Of a stretch of 64,000 nucleotides of DNA, positions 1 to 10,567 are shown piece by piece. The DNA comes from Alphaproteobacteria bacterium (GTDB taxonomy: Bacteria; Pseudomonadota; Alphaproteobacteria; UBA6615). The notes below the pieces were generated by a model. It did no database searches. It was not told where the DNA came from and was given only the letters and a program-made list of their open reading frames with translations. The position numbers and the translations under genes are program-made. The stretch lies in contig JBDXCV010000001.1 in assembly GCA_039980135.1 (NCBI GenBank), positions 74,914-138,913 of the forward strand, given 5' to 3'. Positions within the stretch are counted from its first letter, which is position 1. Each line of letters begins with the position of its first letter.

Positions 1-759
1 GCCCAGCATCAGGTCGAGGAGTTGCGCGTCGGAGAAACACCTCTCGATCACATGACCCGGCTCCTGCCCGATGCCAAGCCCGGGCTGGTCCGCAGCCAGC
101 TCGGCCGGTTCGGCTTCTCCGGCGACAAGGTGCATCTCGAAGTCGGCAAGCTGTCAGGCGGCGAGCGCGCGCGTCTGGCGCTGGCGCTGATCACCCGCGA
201 TGCGCCGCATATCCTCATCCTCGATGAGCCGACGAACCATCTGGATGTGGATGCCCGCGAATCCCTGGTCCAGGCCCTCAACGCGTTCGACGGTGCGGTG
301 GTGGTGGTCAGCCATGATCGGCACCTGCTGGAGATGACGGCGGATCGTTTGATTCTGATCGACGAAGGCACCGCGCGTGAGTTCGACGGCAGCCTGGATG
401 ATTACCGCGATCACCTGCTGGGGCGGGGGCAGACCAAGGCCCGCGAGGACTCAGCACCCAAGGAAAAGCGCGGGAACAAGAAGGAGGCGCGCCGCGCGGC
501 CGCCGAAGCCCGCGAACGGACCAAGGACCTGCGCGCCCGCGCCCGCAAGGCCGAGGCGGAGATGGGCAAGCTCACCGATCAACGCTCCGCGATCGACCGC
601 GCCATGTTCGACCCCGACAGCGCCGAGGCGCCCTACAAGGATCAGGCGATGACCGACCTGATGAAGAAACGTGGCGAGATCGAGAAGAAGCTCGGCGCGG
701 CGGAAGCGGTCTGGCTGGAGGCGAGCGAGGCGCTCGAGACCGCCGAGGCGGCGGAATAA
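1..759 (+). CDS. ABC-F family ATP-binding cassette protein, C-terminal part (5' end outside window)
   Basis: ABC signature LSGGERARLALA and Walker B ILILDEPTNHLD, followed by a charged Lys/Arg/Glu-rich coiled C-terminal tail typical of ABC-F (Uup/EttA-like) proteins. The frame is open from base 1. Confidence 0.8.
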   Translation, partial: AQHQVEELRVGETPLDHMTRLLPDAKPGLVRSQLGRFGFSGDKVHLEVGKLSGGERARLALALITRDAPHILILDEPTNHLDVDARESLVQALNAFDGAVVVVSHDRHLLEMTADRLILIDEGTAREFDGSLDDYRDHLLGRGQTKAREDSAPKEKRGNKKEARRAAAEARERTKDLRARARKAEAEMGKLTDQRSAIDRAMFDPDSAEAPYKDQAMTDLMKKRGEIEKKLGAAEAVWLEASEALETAEAAE

Positions 760-766
760 TCCGGCG

Positions 767-2161
767 CTAGTCCGCGCCGATATCCCAGAACAACCCGGCC
801 ATGATCTGCAGCCCCTCGCGCGCGACCGACGCGAGCATATGTTCGTTCGGCGCATGCTGGTTGCAGCCCGCGTAGGAGTGGGGAATCCACACGGTCGGCA
901 TGCCGAGATCCTCGGCGAAGATGTCGTTGGGAATGCCGCCGCCGATATTCGGGATCAGCGCGGCGCTGCCGCCGCCGTTCATTTCGAGAGTCTCGTTGAC
1001 TGACTCCAGCGCCCGCTGCACCCATTTGTTGGTCGGGTCCGAGCGGGTCGCGCGCATCCCGGCCATCCGGGTGGGTGTGACGGTCACATTGCGAAAACCA
1101 TGCGCATCCAGATGGCGACGCAGCGCGGGCAGGATGTCATCCGGGTCGGTGCCGACCACGTAGCGGATCTGGCAAACCGCGCGCGCCTCGGGCGCGATCG
1201 CGTTCTGGGGGCGTTCGGGGTTGCCGAGATCGAGCGCGAGCACGGCGAAGCTGTTCCAGCCATAGACCCGTTCTTCGGGACTTAAACCTTCTTCGCCCCA
1301 GTCCAGATCAATGTCGGGGCTGCCGTCGCCACCCGACACTTTCACTTTGGCCAGCAACGCACGGATATCCGGGGTGAGAGAAGTCGGCCGCCATTCGGGG
1401 ATAGCGATCTGGCCGCGCGTGTCGGTTAGGCTGGCAATGGCATGAGACAGAACCACGCCCGGGTCGCGGATCAGCCCGCCCCAGTTGCCCGAATGATGGG
1501 CGCCGTCGCGTAGTTTCAATGCGAGCTCGAAATTTACCAGGCCGCGCGAGCCGAGAACGATTGTCGCCCGCGCTGGGTCGAGGCGCGGCCCGTCCGACGC
1601 GATCAGCACATCCGCGCGCAACCGGTCGGCGTGAATGCGGCAGAATTCGCGCAGACCCCGCGAGCCCATCTCCTCGTCGCTCTCCAGCAGGATCGTGCAG
1701 TTGAAGCCGAGGCGGCCCCGTTCCTCAATCACCGCCCGCAGGCCGCCGATATTGGTCCAGTGCTGGCCCTTGTTGTCGGCGGTGCCGCGGCCATAAAGCC
1801 GGTCGACGTCTTGCGTGACATCCCATGGCGCGAGACCGGTCTTCCAGCGTTCGTCTTGTCCGACGACCACGTCGCCATGGCCGTAAATCAGAACTGACGG
1901 AAGATCGTCGCCTTCATGTCGGGTGGCGAGCAGCACCGGGCCCGCCCCCGGGGCCGGGTTGTCGAGAATGTCGAGCGTGAAGCCAAGTGCGGCGAGCTCG
2001 GGGCCGACGACATCGTCGAAATAGCTCGCGAGAGCCGGATGGGCGTCGGGGATCTGGCTCTGGGTCGGGTGTCCGACCAGGCGCGCCAGCCCCGCGACGA
2101 ACTGACCGGAATCGAAATGACCAGCCGCGCGCGCGACCGCGCCGCCGCGGCTGGCCGTCAT
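767..2161 (-). CDS. M20 family metallopeptidase/dipeptidase (ArgE/DapE/CPG2-like)
   Basis: 464 aa with HGDVV and YGRGTADNKGQ metal-binding motifs and an E-E-x-G region, diagnostic of peptidase M20. Confidence 0.8.
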   Translation of the reverse strand: MTASRGGAVARAAGHFDSGQFVAGLARLVGHPTQSQIPDAHPALASYFDDVVGPELAALGFTLDILDNPAPGAGPVLLATRHEGDDLPSVLIYGHGDVVVGQDERWKTGLAPWDVTQDVDRLYGRGTADNKGQHWTNIGGLRAVIEERGRLGFNCTILLESDEEMGSRGLREFCRIHADRLRADVLIASDGPRLDPARATIVLGSRGLVNFELALKLRDGAHHSGNWGGLIRDPGVVLSHAIASLTDTRGQIAIPEWRPTSLTPDIRALLAKVKVSGGDGSPDIDLDWGEEGLSPEERVYGWNSFAVLALDLGNPERPQNAIAPEARAVCQIRYVVGTDPDDILPALRRHLDAHGFRNVTVTPTRMAGMRATRSDPTNKWVQRALESVNETLEMNGGGSAALIPNIGGGIPNDIFAEDLGMPTVWIPHSYAGCNQHAPNEHMLASVAREGLQIMAGLFWDIGAD

Positions 2162-2179
2162 GATCGTTCCCTCAGACGT

Positions 2180-2755
2180 TTAGGCGCGATCGTAGGAATC
2201 GCGCGACATCTTGGTGACGTCTTTGCCCTCGATTCGGATCAGCCGGGTCTCGCCCTCGCGTTTGGGTGAGTGAAGGCGTCCGATCGGGTAGGCAACCGCC
2301 ATTCCCGGGTCCAGGTCATAGGATTTGATCGGCTTCGCCTTTCCGGGTGCGCCGTCATGCGGTGCTTCGAGTTTTTCATATTCGGTCATGACTGTCTGGC
2401 CTGTCGCCTGGCCATAGATTGCCCACGTTGATCCATGGTCGTGGGGCGGGGCCTCGTTCGTACCTTTGAAGACATGGGCGCAGATGCAGAAACCCAGGTC
2501 CGGATCTTCATACAGGACGTCGCGATTGGCATCGGCTTGCGGCCCGAGATGCTCGTTGATGAATTCCTGATCGGCGAGGAATTTCTCGACAACCTGTCGG
2601 ACCTTCTCGAGTCCGCTTTCGCTTGAATCCTTCGTGAGAATTTGACGGCAATCTTCGGCGAACTGATCGACGGTAAGCGCCATGATGAAATTCCTCCTGT
2701 TACGATGACCGCTGTTGCGACGGTCGTATCTGAATGTCTGACCCCTATCATGCAC
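2180..2755 (-). CDS. cupin-fold thiol dioxygenase-like protein (cysteine dioxygenase / 3-mercaptopropionate dioxygenase family)
   Basis: 191 aa with a cupin HxH motif (PPHDHGSTWAIYGQ) and a downstream His, the right size for bacterial CDO/MDO. Divergent from the multi-rhodanese gene, a known pairing. Confidence 0.5.
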   Translation of the reverse strand: MHDRGQTFRYDRRNSGHRNRRNFIMALTVDQFAEDCRQILTKDSSESGLEKVRQVVEKFLADQEFINEHLGPQADANRDVLYEDPDLGFCICAHVFKGTNEAPPHDHGSTWAIYGQATGQTVMTEYEKLEAPHDGAPGKAKPIKSYDLDPGMAVAYPIGRLHSPKREGETRLIRIEGKDVTKMSRDSYDRA

Positions 2756-2797
2756 CGGACCCGACCCGAATCACAATACACGTGTGTTTACTGTAGA

Positions 2798-4384
2798 ATG
2801 GCAATCATGAAATCCGAGATTCTCCGCGCCGCCCTGTCGGCCAAAAGCGAAACCGCACTCCTCGATCTGCGTGAGCAGGGCGAGTTCGGCGCCTGTCACC
2901 TGTTCTGGGCGGCGAACACGCCCCTGAGCCGGCTCGAATTCGAGGTCTCGAGATTGGTGCCCCGGCAAAGCACGCCCGTCATCGTGACGACCGCCGGTGA
3001 CGCTGACCTGGCCGCACGCGGCGCGGCGGCGCTGGCCGCCCTGGGCTACACCGACGTCGTGATCTGTCCCGATACGCGCGACGAATGGATTGCAGCCGGT
3101 TTCACCGTCTATTCGGGCATCAACGTGCCCAGTAAGGCATTCGGCGAAGCGGTCGAGCATCACTACGCTACACCTGCGCTGCACGCGACCGACCTCAAGG
3201 CGATGCAGGACCGCGGCGACGATTTGGTCGTGCTGGATTCGCGCACTTTCGCGGAATATCGCAACATGAGCATCCCCCGGGGGGTCAGTGTGCCGGGCGG
3301 GGAACTCGCCTATCGGGTGCGCGATCTTGCGCCTTCGCCCGATACCACCATCGTGGTCAATTGCGCCGGCCGCACCCGCAGTATTCTTGGTGCCCAGTCG
3401 GTCATCAACGCCGGCGTGCCCAACAAGGTCATCGCGCTCGAAAACGGCACGATGGGCTGGCACCTCGCCGGGCTTGAGCTGGAACATGGCCGGACAGATC
3501 GATTTTCAGCGGGCGACCCGGAGACCCTGGAGGCCGCAATCGCCATGCGTGACCGGATCGCGTCTGCCCACGATATCGAGACCATCGATATGGCCAGGCT
3601 CGTTGCATGGCGGGGCGATGCCGGCAGCCGCACATTGTATCTGCTCGACGTGCGCGACCCGGAAGAATTCGCTGCCGGGCATCTGCCGGGTTCGCGTTCC
3701 GCGCCGGGCGGCCAGTTGGTGCAGGCGACCGATTTTCACATCGGTGTCCCGAATGGCCGCATCGTTTTGATCGATGACACGGGTGTGCGCGCAACCATGA
3801 CGGCCCACTGGCTGGTGCAGATGGGATATCCAGAGGTGTATGTGCTTGAGGGCGGATTGACGGGTGAACTGGAGAACGGCGGCGCCGCCCCGGCGTTGCC
3901 TTCAGACGCCGCGTCGATCGACCCGGATGATCTCGCAGCGCGCCTGAATGACGGTGATATGCGCGTCCTCGATCTCGGCGAGAGCCGGGTGTTCCGCAAG
4001 GGGCATATCCCCGGTGCGAAATGGGCCATCCGCTCGCGGATCGCCGCGACCGGCCCCGCGTTGCCTGACAGCGGCACACTCGTTCTCACATCCGATGATG
4101 GCCGTCTCGCCGCGCTGGCGGTGGAAGAGGTGCGCGCCCATACGAATGCGGAGATTCTGGTTCTGTCCGGCGGTACGAACGCCTGGGTCGCGGCGGGCCT
4201 TGAGACCGAGGCCGACCCGACATATCCGGCCGACAAAGACTGCACCGATGTCTATCTGCGCGCCTATGACCGCAATACGGATGTGGAAGCCCGGATGCAG
4301 GAATATATCGACTGGGAGGTCGCGCTGATCGAGCAGATCGCCGCCGACGACGACGTGCAATTCAAGATGGGCCCGGCGAGATAA
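2798..4384 (+). CDS. multi-domain rhodanese (thiosulfate/3-mercaptopyruvate sulfurtransferase-like, about 4 rhodanese repeats)
   Basis: Repeated rhodanese-like modules with CxGxxR-type loops (VNCAGRTRS). The listed ORF start at 2642 overlaps the upstream minus-strand gene, so the ATG at 2798 (MAIMKSEIL) is the likely start. Confidence 0.75.
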   Translation: MAIMKSEILRAALSAKSETALLDLREQGEFGACHLFWAANTPLSRLEFEVSRLVPRQSTPVIVTTAGDADLAARGAAALAALGYTDVVICPDTRDEWIAAGFTVYSGINVPSKAFGEAVEHHYATPALHATDLKAMQDRGDDLVVLDSRTFAEYRNMSIPRGVSVPGGELAYRVRDLAPSPDTTIVVNCAGRTRSILGAQSVINAGVPNKVIALENGTMGWHLAGLELEHGRTDRFSAGDPETLEAAIAMRDRIASAHDIETIDMARLVAWRGDAGSRTLYLLDVRDPEEFAAGHLPGSRSAPGGQLVQATDFHIGVPNGRIVLIDDTGVRATMTAHWLVQMGYPEVYVLEGGLTGELENGGAAPALPSDAASIDPDDLAARLNDGDMRVLDLGESRVFRKGHIPGAKWAIRSRIAATGPALPDSGTLVLTSDDGRLAALAVEEVRAHTNAEILVLSGGTNAWVAAGLETEADPTYPADKDCTDVYLRAYDRNTDVEARMQEYIDWEVALIEQIAADDDVQFKMGPAR

Positions 4385-4393
4385 GCCAACAGC

Positions 4394-5215
4394 CTAGTCC
4401 CATTTTCGCCCCGGCATGTGGTTGAAAAGGCTCGTCGACATGCCGCCGTCGATAACCAGTTCGGATGAGGTCACATAGGACGCGGCATCTGACAGCAGAT
4501 AGAGAATGCCCTCGGCGATGTCGTCGGGCTGGCCGACCCGGCCGAGCGGCGTGACATCCGCGCGCGCCTGTTTGACGGCCGGGTCGCGCATGTAGGCGGT
4601 GAGCGGCGTTTCCGTGTGTCCGGGGCAGACCGCGTTGACCCGGATATTGTGCTTCGCCCATTCCAGCCCGAATTGTTTGGACAGCATGATCACGCCGGCC
4701 TTGGTCGTGCTGTAGGCGCCGGCCAGGTTGTAGGGCTGAAGCCCGCCGGTCGAGGACAGGTTCACCACCGCGCCCGGGGTTTTTTTCCCGATCCACCAGC
4801 GGCCGGCAGCCTGGGTCATCAGGAAGGTGCCCGTCAGCCCCACATCGACGACCTTGCTCCAGTCGTCGTGGGACAGATCTTCCAACGGTCCCGGTCCCAT
4901 GCGGATGGCGCTGTTCACCAGAGCGTCGAGCCGACCGAAGGTTTCGACCGCGAAGGCAACGCCGGAAGCGCAGGAATCTGGGTCGGCGACGTCGATGGGA
5001 GCGAACGCCGCCGCATCGCCCATTTCGTCGGCAATGACGCCGCCGAGCGCCGCGTCCACATCTCCGATGACGACCCGACCGCCGTCGCGCACAAACCGGC
5101 GCGCGGTCTCCGCACCGATCCCGCTCGCGCCGCCGGTGATGATGCAGACCCTGTCTTCGAAACGTGACATTTGTTTCTCCCGCGTTTTCCCTGAAACGAG
5201 TGTAGCCACAAACAT
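4394..5215 (-). CDS. SDR family NAD(P)-dependent oxidoreductase
   Basis: N-terminal ITGGASGIGAETAR Rossmann motif, NSA, and catalytic YSTTKAGV (YxxxK). 273 aa. Confidence 0.85.
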   Translation of the reverse strand: MFVATLVSGKTREKQMSRFEDRVCIITGGASGIGAETARRFVRDGGRVVIGDVDAALGGVIADEMGDAAAFAPIDVADPDSCASGVAFAVETFGRLDALVNSAIRMGPGPLEDLSHDDWSKVVDVGLTGTFLMTQAAGRWWIGKKTPGAVVNLSSTGGLQPYNLAGAYSTTKAGVIMLSKQFGLEWAKHNIRVNAVCPGHTETPLTAYMRDPAVKQARADVTPLGRVGQPDDIAEGILYLLSDAASYVTSSELVIDGGMSTSLFNHMPGRKWD

Positions 5216-5288
5216 CGTTGGGTTGCAGGGAAGGGCGAACCATCACGCGCGACTTGATTTCGCGACGAACTCGGCTCCCAATACGACC

Positions 5289-5627
5289 ATGACAGGGAAA
5301 CTGGACCTCGAGAGATGGCGCGCGACGCTCCTGGGCGAACGCGCCGCACTGAGGGAGTCGAGCGCCGCGACATCCGAGAACCGCACACCGGTGACGTTGG
5401 ATCAGCAGAGCGTCGGCCGGCTCTCGCGCATGGATGCCATCCAGGTGCAGGCGATGGCGCAGGCCGAGGAAGACCGGCGTCAGCATCGGTTGCGCCTCAT
5501 CTCGGCGGCGTTGTCCCGGCTCGACGAGGGCGAGTATGGCTACTGCATGACTTGCGGGAACGACATCCCGGAGAAGCGCCTGGAAGTCGATCCGGCGGCC
5601 GCGCAATGCGTCGATTGCGCGAAATGA
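5289..5627 (+). CDS. DksA/TraR family C4-type zinc-finger protein
   Basis: C-terminal CMTCGNDIPEKRLEVDPAAAQCVDC (CxxC-N17-CxxC) and a coiled N-terminal region, about 113 aa from the ATG at 5289. The listed longer ORF from 4827 is an upstream read-through. Confidence 0.75.
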   Translation: MTGKLDLERWRATLLGERAALRESSAATSENRTPVTLDQQSVGRLSRMDAIQVQAMAQAEEDRRQHRLRLISAALSRLDEGEYGYCMTCGNDIPEKRLEVDPAAAQCVDCAK

Positions 5628-5658
5628 TCTGAACGTTAAGTTATCTGGGAAGAGCGAT

Positions 5659-7113
5659 ATGCGGCGTGTGCGAAACGTGAAGGTCCTGGCGACCCTCGGC
5701 CCGGCGAGTTCATCGAAGAAGATGATCCGCGCGCTGTTTCTGGCCGGCGCGGACGCGTTCCGGCTGAATATGAGCCACGGGTCCCACGACGACGTCCGTG
5801 AAATGCATGCGCGTATCCGTGCGGTCGAAGCAGAGCTCGGGCGCCCGATCTGTATCCTTGTCGACCTCCAGGGACCGAAACTGCGGATCGGCAAGGTCGC
5901 CGCGGGTACGGTTTTGAAGGATGGTGCGGCCTTCCGGCTCGAACTCGAACATGGGCCCGGCGATGCTGCCGGTGCGGAGTTGCCCCACAGGGAAATTTTT
6001 CAGGCGATCGGTGCCGGCGCCAGCCTGCTCATCGACGACGGCAAGATTCGGCTTGAGGTGGTCGAGGCGGGGAAGGATTTTGCGGATACGAAGGTGATCG
6101 TCGGCGGGCCGCTCTCGTCCAACAAGGGCGTGAACGTGCCGGACGTGACCCTGCCTGTCCCGGCCTTGTCGCCCAAGGATCGCCGCGATCTCGATTTTGC
6201 CATGACTCTCGACGTGGACTGGGTGGCGTTGTCCTTCGTGCAACGGCCCGACGACGTGGCCGAAACGAAGAAGATCGTCGCCGGGCGCGCGGCGGTAATG
6301 GCAAAAATTGAAAAACCGCGCGCACTCGATTTCCTGGATGAGATAATCGAGGTCGCGGACGGCATCATGGTCGCGCGCGGGGATTTGGGTGTGGAGCTGC
6401 CCATCGAAAAGGTGCCGGGTATCCAGAAGGCGATCACGCGGGCCGGGCGGCGCGCCGGCAAGCCGGTGGTCGTCGCGACCCAGATGCTGGAGTCGATGAT
6501 CGAGGCACCGGTGCCGACCCGTGCGGAAGTCTCGGACGTGGCGAATGCCGTTTTCGAGGGCGCGGATGCGGTGATGCTGTCGGGCGAGTCCGCCGCCGGC
6601 GCACATCCGCTCGAGGCGGTAGAGATGATGGACCGGGTCGCCCGGTCGGTCGAGGGTGACCCGCAGTTCCGGGATGAGATCGACGCGGGACGGATGGCAC
6701 CCGAGACGACTTCGGCGGATGCGATCACCCTGGCGGCGCGGCAGGTCGCCGAAACCCTCAAGGCGGCTGCCATCGTTTGCTATACGGCGTCGGGCTCCAC
6801 TGGGCTGCGCGCCTCGCGCGAACGGCCGGAAGTACCGATTCTCGTGCTGACCCCGGTGGTTCAGACCGCGCGGCGTCTGGCGCTTGCCTGGGGGGTGCAT
6901 TGTGTGGAGACCGAGGACACAACCAGCTTCCTGGACATGGTGGTCCGGGCCAGCCGGGTGGCGGAGACGGAAGAGTTCGCCAAAACGGGTGACAGGTTGG
7001 TCATCACTGCGGGCGTGCCGTTCGGGACTCCGGGCCGCACAAATACCCTGCGGATCGCGACCGTGGGAACGCAAGCGCGCCGCCCGCGCGCAAAGCGAAA
7101 AATGCCCGCGTAG
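5659..7113 (+). CDS. pyk: pyruvate kinase
   Basis: N-terminus KVLATLGPASSSKKMIRALFLAGADAFRLNMSHGSHDD, and MVARGDLGVE active-site motif. 484 aa. Confidence 0.95.
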   Translation: MRRVRNVKVLATLGPASSSKKMIRALFLAGADAFRLNMSHGSHDDVREMHARIRAVEAELGRPICILVDLQGPKLRIGKVAAGTVLKDGAAFRLELEHGPGDAAGAELPHREIFQAIGAGASLLIDDGKIRLEVVEAGKDFADTKVIVGGPLSSNKGVNVPDVTLPVPALSPKDRRDLDFAMTLDVDWVALSFVQRPDDVAETKKIVAGRAAVMAKIEKPRALDFLDEIIEVADGIMVARGDLGVELPIEKVPGIQKAITRAGRRAGKPVVVATQMLESMIEAPVPTRAEVSDVANAVFEGADAVMLSGESAAGAHPLEAVEMMDRVARSVEGDPQFRDEIDAGRMAPETTSADAITLAARQVAETLKAAAIVCYTASGSTGLRASRERPEVPILVLTPVVQTARRLALAWGVHCVETEDTTSFLDMVVRASRVAETEEFAKTGDRLVITAGVPFGTPGRTNTLRIATVGTQARRPRAKRKMPA

Positions 7114-7241
7114 ATCATGCGTCATTTCGCCCCCAGAATAATCCGGGCGAGCGGTTTACATGCCCCGAGTCCTTTGGCTTATAGTTCGATAATTCTCGTA
7201 TCGGAAAACAGGCGGCAAAGATCGCCGGAGGGGACGCAACG

Positions 7242-9071
7242 ATGGGGAAATCGGCAGACAGTCGAACCCGTAATCAGGGGCTGTTGAACTGGGTCGATGA
7301 GGTCGCCGCGCTGACGAAGCCGGCCGACATCTATTGGTGCGACGGGTCGAAGGAAGAATATGACCGCCTGTCCGCGCAGATGGTCGAGTCCGGCATGCTG
7401 ATTCCGCTGAACCAGGAATTACGGCCCGGCTGCTTCCTGGCCCGTTCCGACCCCAGCGATGTGGCGCGGGTCGAGGACCGCACCTTCGTCTGCTGGGACA
7501 ATGAGGAAGATGCCGGACCCAACAATAACTGGGTCGCACCCGACGAGATGCGCGAGACCCTGAACGGCTTATTCGACGGCTGCATGCGCGGCCGAACCAT
7601 GTATGTGATCCCCTTCAGCATGGGGCCGCTCGGCTCCCACATTGCCCATATCGGGGTGCAACTTACAGACTCACCTTACGTCGCCGCGAGCATGCGCATC
7701 ATGACCCGGATGGGGCAGGGCGCACTTGACGTGCTGGGTGATGACGGCGACTTCGTGCCGTGCCTGCATACCGTCGGCGCGCCGCTCGCGGATGGCGAGG
7801 CGGATGTCGTCTGGCCCTGCAACAAGACCAAATACATCGTGCATTTCCCGCAGGATCATTCGATCTGGTCCTATGGCAGCGGCTATGGCGGCAATGCGCT
7901 GCTCGGCAAGAAGTGCTTCTCGCTGCGCATTGCGTCGATCATGGCCAGGGAAGAAGGCTGGCTCGCCGAGCATATGCTCATCCTCGGGCTGGAATCGCCG
8001 AAGGGTGAGAAGACATATGTCGCGGCCGCATTCCCGAGTGCGTGCGGCAAGACGAACCTCGCCATGCTCATTCCGCCTGCCGGTTACGAGGGCTGGAAAG
8101 TCAGTACCGTCGGTGACGATATCGCCTGGATCAAACCTGGCGAGGATGGCCGGCTGCATGCGATCAATCCCGAAGCCGGGTATTTCGGTGTGGTGCCGGG
8201 AACGTCGACGAAGACGAACCCGAATGCCATGACGATGATCGAGCGCGACACGATCTTCACCAATGTGGCGCTGATGGACAATGGCGACGTCTGGTGGGAA
8301 GGCAAGGACGGCGAGGTGCCCGATCATCTGATCGACTGGCGCGGCGACGACTGGACCCCGGACAGTGACACACCTGCCGCCCATCCGAACGCGCGCTTCA
8401 CCGTCGCGTCGGTCAATTGCCCGAGCCTCGACCCGGCCTGGGACGATCCGAACGGTGTGCCGATCGATGCGTTTGTCTTCGGCGGCCGACTGAGCTCAAC
8501 CTTTCCGTTGGTTTACGAATCCACGGACTGGCAGCACGGTGTTTACATGGCCGCGACCATGGGATCGGAAGCGACCGCAGCAGCGGACAATCAGGCAGCA
8601 ATTCGCCGCGACCCGATGGCGATGCTGCCCTTCTGCGGGTACAACATGGCCGATTACTGGAGCCATTGGTTGGGCTTCGCGGAGAAGGGGCTCAAGCTGC
8701 CCAAGATTTTCAGGGTGAACTGGTTCCGCAAGGATGCGGCGGGCAACTTCATCTGGCCGGGCTTCGGCGAGAACATGCGTGTACTCGAATGGGTCTGCGA
8801 CCGGGTGCACGACAATCGCGACGCCATCGAAGGCCCGCTCGGCAATATGCCGCGCTACAGCGATCTCAACTGGACCGGCCTCGAATTCACGGCCGATGCG
8901 TTCAGCGGGATCATGGATCTCGCGCGCGACGCGGGCAGCAACGAGGCTCAAGCCCAGAAGGAACTGTTCGACAGCTTTGCCGGTCGTCTGCCGGCGGCCA
9001 TGGAGGCTGAGCGTCAGGCGTTGCTCGATAGCATGGAGAAAGCGCCGGAGATCTGGCGCGTCGCCAGCTAG
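7242..9071 (+). CDS. pckG: phosphoenolpyruvate carboxykinase (GTP)
   Basis: 609 aa with the P-loop/kinase-1a motif [13 protein letters not shown] and other GTP-PEPCK motifs. GGAGGGGA RBS just upstream. Confidence 0.95.
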   Translation: MGKSADSRTRNQGLLNWVDEVAALTKPADIYWCDGSKEEYDRLSAQMVESGMLIPLNQELRPGCFLARSDPSDVARVEDRTFVCWDNEEDAGPNNNWVAPDEMRETLNGLFDGCMRGRTMYVIPFSMGPLGSHIAHIGVQLTDSPYVAASMRIMTRMGQGALDVLGDDGDFVPCLHTVGAPLADGEADVVWPCNKTKYIVHFPQDHSIWSYGSGYGGNALLGKKCFSLRIASIMAREEGWLAEHMLILGLESPKGEKTYVAAAFPSACGKTNLAMLIPPAGYEGWKVSTVGDDIAWIKPGEDGRLHAINPEAGYFGVVPGTSTKTNPNAMTMIERDTIFTNVALMDNGDVWWEGKDGEVPDHLIDWRGDDWTPDSDTPAAHPNARFTVASVNCPSLDPAWDDPNGVPIDAFVFGGRLSSTFPLVYESTDWQHGVYMAATMGSEATAAADNQAAIRRDPMAMLPFCGYNMADYWSHWLGFAEKGLKLPKIFRVNWFRKDAAGNFIWPGFGENMRVLEWVCDRVHDNRDAIEGPLGNMPRYSDLNWTGLEFTADAFSGIMDLARDAGSNEAQAQKELFDSFAGRLPAAMEAERQALLDSMEKAPEIWRVAS

Positions 9072-9097
9072 AATCAGCCCCGGGACCAGATTTGAAA

Positions 9098-9124
9098 GGG
9101 CCGCTCATCGCAGCGGCCTTTTTC
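9098..9124 (+). terminator. rho-independent terminator of pckG (GGCCGC-tcatcgca-GCGGCC + TTTTTC)
   Basis: Perfect 6-bp GC stem, 8-nt loop and T-run, 27 nt after the pckG stop. Also lies between convergent genes. Confidence 0.7.
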
Positions 9125-9504
9125 TATTTGTCGATGACGCTTACATGGGCGGCGACGATGCGCCATCCCTCCGGCATGCGCGCCCAGCTCTGGCTCTGTC
9201 GCCCCACCTTGTCGCCCATGCTTTCGCGATGAAACTCCAGGTTCGCGGTACCGAAATCACGGCCGTATGTGGTTACGATCACCGGCCCGGTGGTGCGGGC
9301 CACGTCGGCCGGGTCACGTGCGGCACGGAACCCGGCGATCTGGTCATGGCCGTAGAGGTTTTCGCCGATGCCGTAGCGCAGGGTCAGATCATGGGTCCAG
9401 AACAGCTCGTTCAGCACGTCGACATCGTTCGTCGTCAGCGCCGCTTCATAGCGGTCATGGGCTGCCGTTACCTCGGCGAGGACTTCGGGGATGTTGATTT
9501 CCAT
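9124..9504 (-). CDS. NTF2-like/SnoaL-like domain protein (DUF3225/AtzH-like fold)
   Basis: 126 aa. N-terminal EVTAAHDRYEAALTTNDVDVLNELFW pattern is typical of NTF2-like small enzymes. No catalytic assignment possible. Confidence 0.4.
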   Translation of the reverse strand: MEINIPEVLAEVTAAHDRYEAALTTNDVDVLNELFWTHDLTLRYGIGENLYGHDQIAGFRAARDPADVARTTGPVIVTTYGRDFGTANLEFHRESMGDKVGRQSQSWARMPEGWRIVAAHVSVIDK

Positions 9505-9631
9505 TTAAATGCTCCAGTCAGACAAGCCATGTTCCCATGCGCAGCCCTTCGGTCCAACCCCCGGGTTCGGCCGCCGGGTCCAGTCCCCGGATCAAACCCG
9601 CCACCGGCCGGGGCGGGTGCCGGGCCAATCT

Positions 9632-10534
9632 ATGCTAGCTTCCGGCGGGAGACGAAATTTGACCAGGCTCGAGATTCACCACCGCACAACCTACCGGTAC
9701 CGGGAGCCCATCCAGTTCGGCACGCACCGCATGATGCTTCGCCCGCGCGAGAGCCGCAATCTGCGTCTCACCGCGCATAATCTGGATGTGTCACCCGGCG
9801 CAACCATTGCCTGGGCGCATGATGTTTTCGGCAATTCCGTTGCGACGGCCACATTTCAGGAACCGTCGGATACGCTCGTCATAGATAGTTTTGCGGCACT
9901 CACACTCGACGTCGACCAGTGGCCCGTTTTCGATATCGCCGCCTCGGCCGCCAATTACCCTTTCCTGCTGACAGAAGACGAGATGACCGACCTCGGGGCA
10001 TTGCGGCTGCAAGCCTATCTCGATTCCGACGGGAGCCTGCGGGCATGGGCCCAGGGTTTCGTTTCCGGGAATCCGACCGATACGCTGTCGCTCCTCAAGG
10101 ATTTGTCGGACGGTGTCGCGGCGCGGGTCACCTATGAAGTTCGCGAAACCGATGATGCCCAGTCGCCGAGGCAGACGCTCAGCCTTGGCCAGGGGTCATG
10201 CCGGGATTTCGCGGTTCTGTTTGTCGATGCCGTACGCAGTTTCGGTTTCGGTGCGCGGATTGTATCGGGATATCTGTACGATCCGGACAATGATGCCGTG
10301 GGGTCCCAGGGGGCGGGGTCGACCCACGCGTGGGCCGAAGTCTACGTGCCCGGTGCGGGCTGGATCGTGTTCGATCCGACCAACCGAAGTGTCGGCGGAT
10401 TCAATCTGATTCCGGTCGCCGTGGCCCGCCATATCCGTCAGACGATGCCCGTATCGGGAAGCTTCATCGGTGACGGAAACGCATTCGAGGGAATGGATGT
10501 GAAAGTCGAGGTCGCGTCGTCGGAACAGTCCTGA
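9632..10534 (+). CDS. transglutaminase-like family protein (N-terminal Bact_transglu_N domain + transglutaminase core)
   Basis: RLEIHHRTTYRYREP N-terminal signature, and core GSCRDFAVLFVDAVRSFGFGARIVSGY with a Cys-containing transglutaminase-like motif. Start is ATG 9632 or TTG 9659. Confidence 0.75.
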   Translation: MLASGGRRNLTRLEIHHRTTYRYREPIQFGTHRMMLRPRESRNLRLTAHNLDVSPGATIAWAHDVFGNSVATATFQEPSDTLVIDSFAALTLDVDQWPVFDIAASAANYPFLLTEDEMTDLGALRLQAYLDSDGSLRAWAQGFVSGNPTDTLSLLKDLSDGVAARVTYEVRETDDAQSPRQTLSLGQGSCRDFAVLFVDAVRSFGFGARIVSGYLYDPDNDAVGSQGAGSTHAWAEVYVPGAGWIVFDPTNRSVGGFNLIPVAVARHIRQTMPVSGSFIGDGNAFEGMDVKVEVASSEQS

Positions 10535-10567
10535 ATACCCGTCGCGCCCGTTTACGTTTTCGAACGT

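Noticed and set aside
4362-5894. 510-aa minus-strand ORF and 4827..5627 plus-strand 266-aa ORF
   Set aside because: Alternative frames across the SDR, DksA/TraR and pyk region. Only the SDR (minus), the 113-aa DksA/TraR (from ATG 5289) and pyk show real protein signatures.
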